Assembly: GCA_003602515.1 (NCBI GenBank)
Contig: QQSB01000003.1
Span: forward strand, 15,388 to 79,387
DNA from: Candidatus Poseidoniales archaeon
GTDB taxonomy: Archaea; Thermoplasmatota; Poseidoniia; Poseidoniales; Thalassarchaeaceae
DNA length: 64,000 nucleotides
Reading direction: 5' to 3'
The position numbers and the translations under genes were made by a program. Under the pieces are notes generated by a model, which worked only from the letters and a program-made list of their open reading frames with translations, was not told the origin of the DNA and did not search any database. Shown one piece after another: positions 17,698-25,588 of this stretch. The stretch's first letter is position 1; the number at the start of each line of letters is the position of its first letter.

Positions 17698-20568
17698 TCA
17701 AGTACACGCTCTCTCGATGTGCCTGACAACTACTCCTACGCTGGGAATGGTGTGATCCTCCAGAGTAGGTGAAAATGGGACTGGAGTATCCAGAGCCCCA
17801 ATTACAATCGGTGGAGACTCCATCCTCCAGAAAGACTCTTCAACAATTCTACTTGATACCGTGTGTCCGAAACCCCCTGTCCATTGTGACTCTTGCAGAA
17901 CTATCAGACGACCCGTCCTCAATACTGAATTTATACAGGTCTCGGAATCAAATGGAACGAGAGTTCTGAGATCGACTACTTCGACTTCTGTTCCCTTTTT
18001 GGAGGCCTCTCTAGCAGCATCAAGGGCAACATGAACCATCGCTCCCCATGTGACAATTGTGATGTCCCGCCCTCCACGAACTATTCGAGCAGAACCAATG
18101 GAAATATTACCACTTTCAAGCCTCTGGTCAACCGATTTAGTATCAACGATTTGGTTGATTGAATTACCCCATCCAGTCATCCCTCCCCTAAGTCCGTATA
18201 GTCCAATATGCTCAAGGTATACAACTGGATCAGGAAGGTGATGCGATTCGATCAGAAGATCATAAGCATCTTGTGGATTGCTTGGGAAGACGATTACCAG
18301 GCCCGGGTCATTCGTAAGCCACGACTCAATCATGTTCGCGTGGAATGGTCCACTACGGGTCTTTGCTCCAAGTGGAATTCTGATAGTCATGGGCACTTCA
18401 GCACCCCATCTCCATCTTAGCTGAGCTGCATTATTTACCAATGGATTCATTGCCAGTGAAGCAAAACCGCCGAATTGAATCTCTGCCAGTGGCCGCATAC
18501 CCCCCAAGGCAGCTCCTGTTGCAGAATGAATGATTATTGCCTCAGAGAGTGGCATATCCAGGAGTTTTGCTTGATGCCCTTTTGCCCTAAGTCCCAGATT
18601 CATCCCGAAAGCACCAGCGACTTCCATATCTTCCCCCATGAACAACATCTGCTCTCCAAATTGTTCAGCCAGTGTCGCCATGGCATTCTGTATGGATCTA
18701 CTGAATGTCCATGAGTTTGAAGCATCTGAAAACTTGATTCCGTATTCTCCAGAACTTAGAACCGCTTCCGGGATCTCTCCTCCTCGCTCGATTCTACTTA
18801 TCTGCTGCTCATGACTTGTTGCATCAAACAGTGAGGTCACTCCTCTTACTACTGAATTCCCCTCGGGCCACTCCATTTCTTCCAATTCACTCCTGGCTCG
18901 ATCAATCTCCTCTTCCTCTTCCTGTAGTATTCGATTCAGTACCTGTTCCCCCACTCCTGATTTAATCAGCAATTCTCTGTGGCTTGGAAGTGGGTCCTTC
19001 TCGGACCAGTATCGAAGCAAATCTCGATCAACATAACCAGGAGGATTCCCGCTTGAAGATCCGAGATATAGGTCGTCGTGATGATGCGCATGACCACAAC
19101 CCCTCATCGTCTCCACGTGAATCAGAGTGGCCCCACAACCGGCCATGGCGAATTCTCTAGCTACTGCTGAGGATGCGTAGAACATCCCTGGATCAGATCC
19201 ATCAATAGTCCACGAGGGAATTCCCATTGCGTGACCCTTGTCACCAAAAGTCTCTGCTCCAGATTGTGCTGAATTGAACGTGTCGAGAGCAATCTGATTA
19301 TTCTGAATCATAAAGCATATTGGAAGTCCACGTACTCCAGCGAAATTCATAGCCTCCCAGAACTCGCCACTACTGCTACAACCCTCTCCAACCGGAGCTA
19401 GATGAAATCTCTTCACACCAAGTTGTTTCGCAGCCAATGCCACTCCCGTTGTAGTTGCACTTGCTATTGGAAGGGGCGCTGTTGGGGGTAGTACTCTCTT
19501 ATCCCAATTCCCAATGTGCAGGTCACGCCCTCCGCCTCCCTCGATACCTCCATCCATGTATGATTCCGCCTTCCCCATTTGGGCTGCCAGAACTTCAATC
19601 GGAGTCTGCCCCATTGCTAGAGCAAGACCCATATCCCGAATCATAGGTGCCACAACGTCTGCATTTTGCCTCTCTCCCTCGGGGAGATCAATCGCTCTAA
19701 TCATTGCAGAAGCACAAGCTGCCACGCCCTCTTGCCAAGTAGATCTGAAACCCTTCCCGCCGAAAGTACCGCCATCTGGTGTCGGTAATCCAGATGCGAA
19801 TAGATCCTTTAATTGCTCATCAACTAATCTGGTTCTTATCATCCATCTCTGCCATTGTAGCCTATCTTCTACAGTTATTGAGTGGTAATGGGCAATCCTC
19901 CTCAGACAGATTTTAACATCTACTAGGAACCTCTCCATCCTTCTTTCAAGGAATACCTCTCCCGATCTTCGAGGAATGATTTCGGTTTTGCCCAAAGATG
20001 AAAGATTCGGGCCAAGAAGACGATCCGCCAATCTAATTTCCAACTTAGAAACCAGTATTTCTGAGAATTCGTGAAAGCCATCGCCGTCCAGGTGATTTGG
20101 CATCTTCAGACTATCCCAACAGTCCGAAACAGCATCCAAATGACCATCGTGCCTTTCTGCGATGAACCCCAATAAGTCATTTCTGACGTCATTAGTAGGG
20201 ACTCTATATGGGAATTTTAACGGAAGTCCCGGTTTCCAACCAGACCCCCAAATCTTCGGTAATAGAGATTGGGGGCCATCATTTGAAAGAGCGATATCAG
20301 GAGTTTCTTCCTCCAAAGATAACCCAGCGTTTCTTCTAGAAACCTCTTCTTCGAGAAATTCAATCTTAGCACGCGGATCTCTTTCCCAAATCTCCACACT
20401 CCTCGTCCTCCCCTTGCCGGAGGATGATCTATCTAGCGTGGTCCTGACCCTTTTTTCACATTTGGAGCACTTTCTGTCCAATTTATTCGTATTACTAGAC
20501 CTAGTTTTCCAAATCTGGTGGAGGCCGCATCCAGGGCACTTCCAAATCCCTATTCTTGCCAATACCAT
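17698..20568 (-). CDS. Fused 2-oxoacid dehydrogenase E1 alpha+beta (TPP-dependent) with an N-terminal zinc-ribbon extension
   Basis: TPP motif GEGCSSSGEFWEAMNFA...IQNNQIA (E1 alpha). Transketolase-like pyrimidine-binding and C-terminal domains (LDMPLSEAIIIHSATGAALGG, VEVVDLRTLVPFD; E1 beta). N-terminal CPGC...CSKC. ATG at 20568 is preferred over the TTG at 20628. Confidence 0.85.
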   Translation of the reverse strand: MVLARIGIWKCPGCGLHQIWKTRSSNTNKLDRKCSKCEKRVRTTLDRSSSGKGRTRSVEIWERDPRAKIEFLEEEVSRRNAGLSLEEETPDIALSNDGPQSLLPKIWGSGWKPGLPLKFPYRVPTNDVRNDLLGFIAERHDGHLDAVSDCWDSLKMPNHLDGDGFHEFSEILVSKLEIRLADRLLGPNLSSLGKTEIIPRRSGEVFLERRMERFLVDVKICLRRIAHYHSITVEDRLQWQRWMIRTRLVDEQLKDLFASGLPTPDGGTFGGKGFRSTWQEGVAACASAMIRAIDLPEGERQNADVVAPMIRDMGLALAMGQTPIEVLAAQMGKAESYMDGGIEGGGGRDLHIGNWDKRVLPPTAPLPIASATTTGVALAAKQLGVKRFHLAPVGEGCSSSGEFWEAMNFAGVRGLPICFMIQNNQIALDTFNSAQSGAETFGDKGHAMGIPSWTIDGSDPGMFYASSAVAREFAMAGCGATLIHVETMRGCGHAHHHDDLYLGSSSGNPPGYVDRDLLRYWSEKDPLPSHRELLIKSGVGEQVLNRILQEEEEEIDRARSELEEMEWPEGNSVVRGVTSLFDATSHEQQISRIERGGEIPEAVLSSGEYGIKFSDASNSWTFSRSIQNAMATLAEQFGEQMLFMGEDMEVAGAFGMNLGLRAKGHQAKLLDMPLSEAIIIHSATGAALGGMRPLAEIQFGGFASLAMNPLVNNAAQLRWRWGAEVPMTIRIPLGAKTRSGPFHANMIESWLTNDPGLVIVFPSNPQDAYDLLIESHHLPDPVVYLEHIGLYGLRGGMTGWGNSINQIVDTKSVDQRLESGNISIGSARIVRGGRDITIVTWGAMVHVALDAAREASKKGTEVEVVDLRTLVPFDSETCINSVLRTGRLIVLQESQWTGGFGHTVSSRIVEESFWRMESPPIVIGALDTPVPFSPTLEDHTIPSVGVVVRHIERACT

Positions 20569-20610
20569 GATTGCCCCAGAGGGTATAGTACAACAATATT
20601 GGCTATGTTT

Positions 20611-20815
20611 TTGATAGTTTAACCACAATTATTTATTTAATGTGGTATTTCTATAAAATAATTTCTATATTATCTTAATTATACCACATAAAAATGATAT
20701 ATTGTATCTAAAATAACCACATTATATCTAAAACTTTGTTAAAATCAGTAAAAAATAATAATATACCACATTAAAATGGTTTACAATAAGTAATAATACC
20801 ACATTAATACTTAAC
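20611..20815. repeat. AT-rich island with six ACCACA(T) iterons (three exact ATACCACATTAA, one inverted)
   Basis: Hand count gives 36 G/C in the 200 nt 20611-20810. Cores lie at 20622, 20641 (inverted, TGTGGT), 20683, 20716, 20765 and 20798. The island lies between the stop of the MoeB-like gene and the start of the E1 gene. Confidence 0.7.
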
Positions 20816-21907
20816 TATTCTTGGATCTACATTGTCAGACCAAGAGAGTATCCCTCCAGTCAAGTTGAAAACACGTCCAATTTCCAAATCAGATTCTATG
20901 ATGAATCTGGCCACAGCAGCCGACCTTTGTCCACTTCGGCAGTATACGACGATGTCAGTTCGCATTGGCAGCTCAGACAATCTCGTAGGAATCTCAAGAT
21001 GCATTATTCTGGCATCAGTACCTTCAATCGAAGCAATAGCCTCTTCATCCGCTCTTCTAACATCTAGAAGGAATGGTTTCCAACCGGCCTGTCTCCGTTC
21101 GAAAAGATCCTTCGCACCAATCTCTCCAAAATCTCTGCTCACTGAGTCTTCTAATCTTGTGACTCTAACTCTTTCTGGATTTTTCGAAAATGATAGTGAC
21201 CTCATTTCCATCGTCAAAGCATCAATTACCAGTAGTTTTCCTCTCAGATTTTCTCCAATTCCCAGGATTACTTTCAGTGCCTCTGAGGCCTGAAACGTTC
21301 CAACAATTCCTGGTAGTACGCCCAATACACCAGCTTCCGTGCAATTTGGCGACAATTCTGGAGGAGGGGGGGTGGGAAACAGATCACGATAATTTGGACC
21401 ACCGTTATGGTTGAATGTGGAGACTTGCCCCTCGAATCTATGTATGCTGCCGAAAATCCAGGGTTTATCCAGAATCTCACAAGCGTCCCCAATAAGATAT
21501 CGAGATTGAAAATTATCCGTCCCATCTATAATTACATCATAACCACTCAATATTTCTAATGAATTTTCATGAGTTAGCCTATCCTCCATCTCAACGACAT
21601 CAATGTCGGAATTAAGTCCCTTGATCCAGTTAGAAGCAGACTCAACCTTGGATTTGCCAACCCAGGAAGAATTGTGGATGATCTGCCTCTGTAAATTGGA
21701 TGAACTAACCGTGTCATTGTCGATAATGCCTATTCTGCCGACTCCAGCTGCAGCCAAATACATCAATGCTGGAGAGCCCAAACCTCCGGCTCCAACAACC
21801 AGGACCGATGATTTCAGCAATTTCTCCTGCCCTTCTTCTTCTACCCCCGGGAGAACAAGGTGTCTTGCGTACCTCTCCCTCTGCTCTGAACTCAAGTAGC
21901 CTGACAT
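20804..21907 (-). CDS. MoeB/ThiF/UbaA-type adenylyltransferase (E1-like) with a C-terminal rhodanese domain
   Basis: RYARHLVLPGVEEEGQEKL, VVGAGGLGSP and SNLQRQ motifs, plus a C-terminal rhodanese active-site loop VVYCRSGQRS. ATG at 21907 avoids overlap with trxB. Confidence 0.85.
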   Translation of the reverse strand: MSGYLSSEQRERYARHLVLPGVEEEGQEKLLKSSVLVVGAGGLGSPALMYLAAAGVGRIGIIDNDTVSSSNLQRQIIHNSSWVGKSKVESASNWIKGLNSDIDVVEMEDRLTHENSLEILSGYDVIIDGTDNFQSRYLIGDACEILDKPWIFGSIHRFEGQVSTFNHNGGPNYRDLFPTPPPPELSPNCTEAGVLGVLPGIVGTFQASEALKVILGIGENLRGKLLVIDALTMEMRSLSFSKNPERVRVTRLEDSVSRDFGEIGAKDLFERRQAGWKPFLLDVRRADEEAIASIEGTDARIMHLEIPTRLSELPMRTDIVVYCRSGQRSAAVARFIIESDLEIGRVFNLTGGILSWSDNVDPRIVKY

Positions 21908-21948
21908 TGTCACTGTGAAAGGGCGTCCAATCAAGGTACCTTCGGTCC

Positions 21949-22878
21949 TCAATCTTGCTCTTCCAACCACTTTTCCGCATCTATTGCTGCCTGGCATCCC
22001 ATTCCAGCAGCAGTAATCGCTTGTCGATATCTTTTGTCAACAACATCCCCTGCAGCAAATACTCCTGGGACTGCAGTCATTGTATTCTCCTTGTGGACTA
22101 TGTATCCTTCTGAGTCAGTTTCCAACTGATCATCGAGGAAACTGGTAATTGGCTTATGCCCTATTGCGATAAATGCTCCAGAGCAGCTAATCTCCTCCTC
22201 CGAACCATCTCTTGGGTCCTCTAGGACTGCCCCAATAAGGCCCTGATCGCCCGCAATCCATTTTTTCACCTGCCTGAATGTCTTGATCTCTATTTTTGGG
22301 TGCTCAGCAGCCCTTTCGTACATCACCTTAGACGCCTTGAAAACCTCCCGTCTGTGGATTACAGTAACCTTGCTAGCAAACCTAGTCAGGAAAATCGCTT
22401 CCTCCATAGCAGAATCCCCTCCTCCAACAACAATAATCTCCTCGTCTCGGAAGAAAGCCCCGTCACAAGTGGCACAAGTCGATATTCCACGTCCCTTCTG
22501 CTCCTCCTCGCCTTCCGCCCCTAGCCAAATCGCTTCTGCACCGGTGCAAATTATCAGCGACTCTGCCTTGAACTCCTCTCCCTCTACCCAGACACTAAAG
22601 GGGCGTTGCGAAAGATCCACTCTTTCCACATTCTTGTCTTGGACCTCTAAACCGAATCTTTCCGCTTGTTCCCTCATTTCTACCATCATCTCAGGCCCAC
22701 CAATTCCCTTTGGATACCCTGGAAAGTTCTCTACATCCGAAGTTAGCATTAGTTGGCCTCCTGACATGTATCCGGCGAACATCAGTGGACTCAGCAGCGC
22801 TCTAGCCGAGTACAGTCCTGCAGTGTAACCTGCAGGCCCCGATCCAACGATGATCACGCTCTTGACGTCCTCGCCCAT
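21949..22878 (-). CDS. trxB: Thioredoxin-disulfide reductase
   Basis: GSGPAGYTA (FAD), redox-active CATCDG, GGGDSAMEEA (NADPH) and GDV motifs. Confidence 0.9.
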   Translation of the reverse strand: MGEDVKSVIIVGSGPAGYTAGLYSARALLSPLMFAGYMSGGQLMLTSDVENFPGYPKGIGGPEMMVEMREQAERFGLEVQDKNVERVDLSQRPFSVWVEGEEFKAESLIICTGAEAIWLGAEGEEEQKGRGISTCATCDGAFFRDEEIIVVGGGDSAMEEAIFLTRFASKVTVIHRREVFKASKVMYERAAEHPKIEIKTFRQVKKWIAGDQGLIGAVLEDPRDGSEEEISCSGAFIAIGHKPITSFLDDQLETDSEGYIVHKENTMTAVPGVFAAGDVVDKRYRQAITAAGMGCQAAIDAEKWLEEQD

Positions 22879-22988
22879 AAGTCACCGCGGTGTAAGGCAT
22901 CCCTTGAATCTTGACAGTCAAATCACCATGTCGAATCGGCAAAATAATGAAAGAAATCGTAATATAACGACCATCCAGCGGACGAATC

Positions 22989-23309
22989 ATGCCAAAATAC
23001 ATGTATTCTGGAAACTACACTAAGGAAGGTGCCGCTGGTCTGCTAAAGGACGGGGGCAAGGCAAGGAAGGAAGAAGCCAAGAGAATAGTGGAAGCTATGG
23101 GTGGATCCCTGGAATCTTACTATTGGTCATTCGGAGAGATGGATTTCATGATGATCGCCGACGTCCCCGAGGCCATGGCTGTGAAGTTCTCCCTCCATGT
23201 GGGAGCATCGGGAGTTTTCAACGGAAAGCTGACGCCACTAATCACCGTCGAGGCAATGGAAGAAGCCACTTCCACTGAGTTGCCTTCGATGCGCCTTCCT
23301 GGCGAGTGA
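22989..23309 (+). CDS. GYD-domain protein
   Basis: 106 aa. The pattern MPKYMYSGNYT...G..S.YWSFGEMDFMMIADVP matches the GYD family. Confidence 0.7.
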   Translation: MPKYMYSGNYTKEGAAGLLKDGGKARKEEAKRIVEAMGGSLESYYWSFGEMDFMMIADVPEAMAVKFSLHVGASGVFNGKLTPLITVEAMEEATSTELPSMRLPGE

Positions 23310-23318
23310 TGCCTTAGT

Positions 23319-23714
23319 TCACTCAGACATCGCTGCGACCGCACCGACTGCGGACCTTGCATGGGGCTCCAGCCTCGGCTCGATGTGTTCAGGCTCGGCA
23401 CCAGGGCCAATTATTCCTAATCCGATCGGCTTGTTGTACTTGATTTGCAATTCAATAATCGACATAGTTACGGAATTTCCCATCACAAGGCCATGATCAG
23501 TCTGGCCGCGTTCGATAATACCCAAGACAATCGCTCCATGGATTTCTTCATTCTGGAGCATCCTGTCAAGAGCGAGGGGCGCCTCCATAGAACCGGGAAC
23601 CCAAATGACATCTCGAACTAGTAGGTTCTTGGAAGCCGCCTCATCTCTGGCAAATTCAAGCATCCTCTCTACTTCTTCACGATGAAAAGACCCACAAACA
23701 ACTCCAAGATTCAT
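23319..23714 (-). CDS. ribH: 6,7-dimethyl-8-ribityllumazine synthase
   Basis: 131 aa. VPGSMEAPLA and GIIERGQTDHGLVMGNSV resemble the VPGAFE...IRGxTxH lumazine synthase motifs. Its start overlaps the ribE stop (ATGA). Confidence 0.8.
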   Translation of the reverse strand: MNLGVVCGSFHREEVERMLEFARDEAASKNLLVRDVIWVPGSMEAPLALDRMLQNEEIHGAIVLGIIERGQTDHGLVMGNSVTMSIIELQIKYNKPIGLGIIGPGAEPEHIEPRLEPHARSAVGAVAAMSE

Positions 23715-24310
23715 GATTTTCCCATCCTGAGCATCGTCTCCACAACTGCTTGGGTTCTCGAGTCTATCTCAATGTTTACTCTGTCCCCTATGACCTTCTT
23801 ATCCAGTGTGGTAATTCTCAGAGTCTCTGGAATAATGTGCAAACCGAAACTCTCCTCATCACATTTCCCCACGGTTAGGGACATTCCATCAACAGCAATG
23901 TATCCCTTCTCTAGTATGAATGGGGAGCATCCATCTGGAATGGATATTAGAAGGTCCAAACCCTCTCCAACTGTGTTCATCTCTAATATTTCAGCCGTCC
24001 CCATCACATGCCCAGATAGGATATGGCCCCCTAACTCGTCTCCGAGCCTCATCGACCTCTCGACATTGAGCAGATCTCCCTCCGACCTATCGGCTAGGGT
24101 TGTCCTATCCAGCGTCTCTGTAATCGCATCAAAGGTCACCTCTCCGGAGTCCATGCTAACCACGGTCATGCATACGCCATCTAGGGATACGCTTGCTCCA
24201 GATTCAAGTCCGTCCACTAAATCTCCCAGATCCACTGTTATTTTGCGGATCCCCTCGCCTTCGACAATCTTCAGAATAGGTACAGTTCCAGACACAATTC
24301 CCGTAAACAT
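23711..24310 (-). CDS. ribE: Riboflavin synthase, bacterial/eukaryotic (trimeric, two-barrel) type
   Basis: MFTGIV start. Internal duplication (GASVSLDGVCMTV / GYIAVDGMSLTV) and GGHILSGHV. ATG at 24310 lies 2 nt after the ribL stop. Confidence 0.85.
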   Translation of the reverse strand: MFTGIVSGTVPILKIVEGEGIRKITVDLGDLVDGLESGASVSLDGVCMTVVSMDSGEVTFDAITETLDRTTLADRSEGDLLNVERSMRLGDELGGHILSGHVMGTAEILEMNTVGEGLDLLISIPDGCSPFILEKGYIAVDGMSLTVGKCDEESFGLHIIPETLRITTLDKKVIGDRVNIEIDSRTQAVVETMLRMGKS

Positions 24311-24312
24311 AC

Positions 24313-24774
24313 TCAGTCCTCCTCGTAGGGTCCACCCTCTGTGTTTGGCCACAAATCTAGAATCCTTGCAATAATCTTCCTAGTCCCGTCTAGATCATCT
24401 GAAAGACCCTCGACTCGAGTCACTTCGACTTTTTCGAAGCCAGCATTGTCAAGACCAGATCTAATCGCGTCAATCGAGTGCTTCTGATCATATCCCAGTG
24501 CAATAAGATCGGGCTTCACTTCCCTCAAAATCTCGAAAATTGGCACCCCCGGGGGATTCCCAACAATTGCCTTGTCTACGGGCTTAAGCCCCTCCACCAT
24601 TCTTCTCCTCAACTCCTGACCTGTGACTGGTTCATGTTTCTGATTCCTTACGGTCTCATCATTGGCAATGACTACAATAAGCTCGTCACCAAGTGATTTT
24701 GCTTGCTCAACGTAGTGCAAATGGCCTGCATGCAGGAGGTCGAAGATCCCAACTGCCATTACTCTGACCATCAT
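24313..24774 (-). CDS. ribL: Archaeal FAD synthetase (CTP-dependent cytidylyltransferase fold)
   Basis: AVGIFDLLHAGHLHYVEQAKSLGDELIVVIANDETV...LKPVDKAIVG closely parallels Methanocaldococcus RibL. Confidence 0.8.
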   Translation of the reverse strand: MMVRVMAVGIFDLLHAGHLHYVEQAKSLGDELIVVIANDETVRNQKHEPVTGQELRRRMVEGLKPVDKAIVGNPPGVPIFEILREVKPDLIALGYDQKHSIDAIRSGLDNAGFEKVEVTRVEGLSDDLDGTRKIIARILDLWPNTEGGPYEED

Positions 24775-24797
24775 TGAGTCCCCGTTGATATCTTCGC

Positions 24798-25529
24798 CTA
24801 ATCCTTTTCATCGAAAGCAGTAGAAATCTGATCCCCAGTAATCATCGGAATCCCATACCTATCTGCATAATCCCTGGCTCCTTCCAAGGACAACGCACCA
24901 TCGCCATCGGTCTCCAGCATTTCCGCACCAATTGTACAGGGGACCAAACCTGCCAATCTGGCTATCGATACAGCCAGTTCAGTGTGCCCCTCCCTCGTCT
25001 TTAGCCCCCCAGGAGACTCTCTGCACACAGGGATATGTCCAGGGGTCCTGAATTCCTTGCCCAATTGAGAGAGTGCGAACTCGCCGCCAGAACCACTATC
25101 CAACAATTCTCCAGACAGTTCCCCGAACCTTCTTGTTGTCAGAGCCCTGTCTCTATCGGTAATTCCCGTATACGTCTCTCTGTGGTTTAGAGAAAGAGTG
25201 AAGGCAGATCTCGAATCGTACTGCAGATCGTTTGTAACTAGATGACCAAGTACGGGGTTCTCTCTAATCAAGGAATCATGAGAATGTAGGTCCTGTAGCC
25301 ATGGGAGTCCAAACATCTCCCCGATTTCATTCCCAATAGCTAGGAATAGTAGACCCCCGCAGTCGTTCCGCAGTCTCCTGATTATCTCTGGCGTAGTCGA
25401 TGTTGCAGGCCATAGAAGATCCGTCTCCTTCTCTCTGAAATCTGAGTCAAAGATCATTACCGGATTCCCTGACTTGAATGCGGCAATCGCTCTGGCCACT
25501 CCGTCGTCCATGTCAGGCGGAGGGGCCAT
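24798..25529 (-). CDS. ribB: 3,4-dihydroxy-2-butanone 4-phosphate synthase
   Basis: MIFDSDFREKETDLLWPA, GGLLFLA, TPGHIPV and REGHTELAV motifs. ATG at 25529 is preferred; the longer track ORF has no family-like N-terminus. Confidence 0.85.
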   Translation of the reverse strand: MAPPPDMDDGVARAIAAFKSGNPVMIFDSDFREKETDLLWPATSTTPEIIRRLRNDCGGLLFLAIGNEIGEMFGLPWLQDLHSHDSLIRENPVLGHLVTNDLQYDSRSAFTLSLNHRETYTGITDRDRALTTRRFGELSGELLDSGSGGEFALSQLGKEFRTPGHIPVCRESPGGLKTREGHTELAVSIARLAGLVPCTIGAEMLETDGDGALSLEGARDYADRYGIPMITGDQISTAFDEKD

Positions 25530-25588
25530 TGATACCCGATACTTTCGGTCCAGAAATAATGATGTCTTGGGGCAAACCCCGCGAGTTG

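Noticed and set aside
20569-20628. TTG-initiated 20-codon N-terminal extension of the E1 ORF (MWLNYQKHSQYCCTIPSGAI)
   Set aside because: The track start is TTG and lies inside the AT-rich repeat island. The first ATG (20568) immediately precedes the zinc ribbon and leaves a normal promoter spacer.
20611-20815. Could the repeated ATACCACAT motif be a CRISPR array?
   Set aside because: The repeats are only ~8-12 nt, the spacings are irregular (33, 49 and 61 nt), one copy is inverted, the spacers are nearly pure A/T, and there are no cas genes. It is not CRISPR-like.
23682-24374. 230-aa plus-strand ORF over ribE
   Set aside because: It is antisense to an unmistakable riboflavin synthase. The product is Ser/Pro-rich with no recognisable domain.
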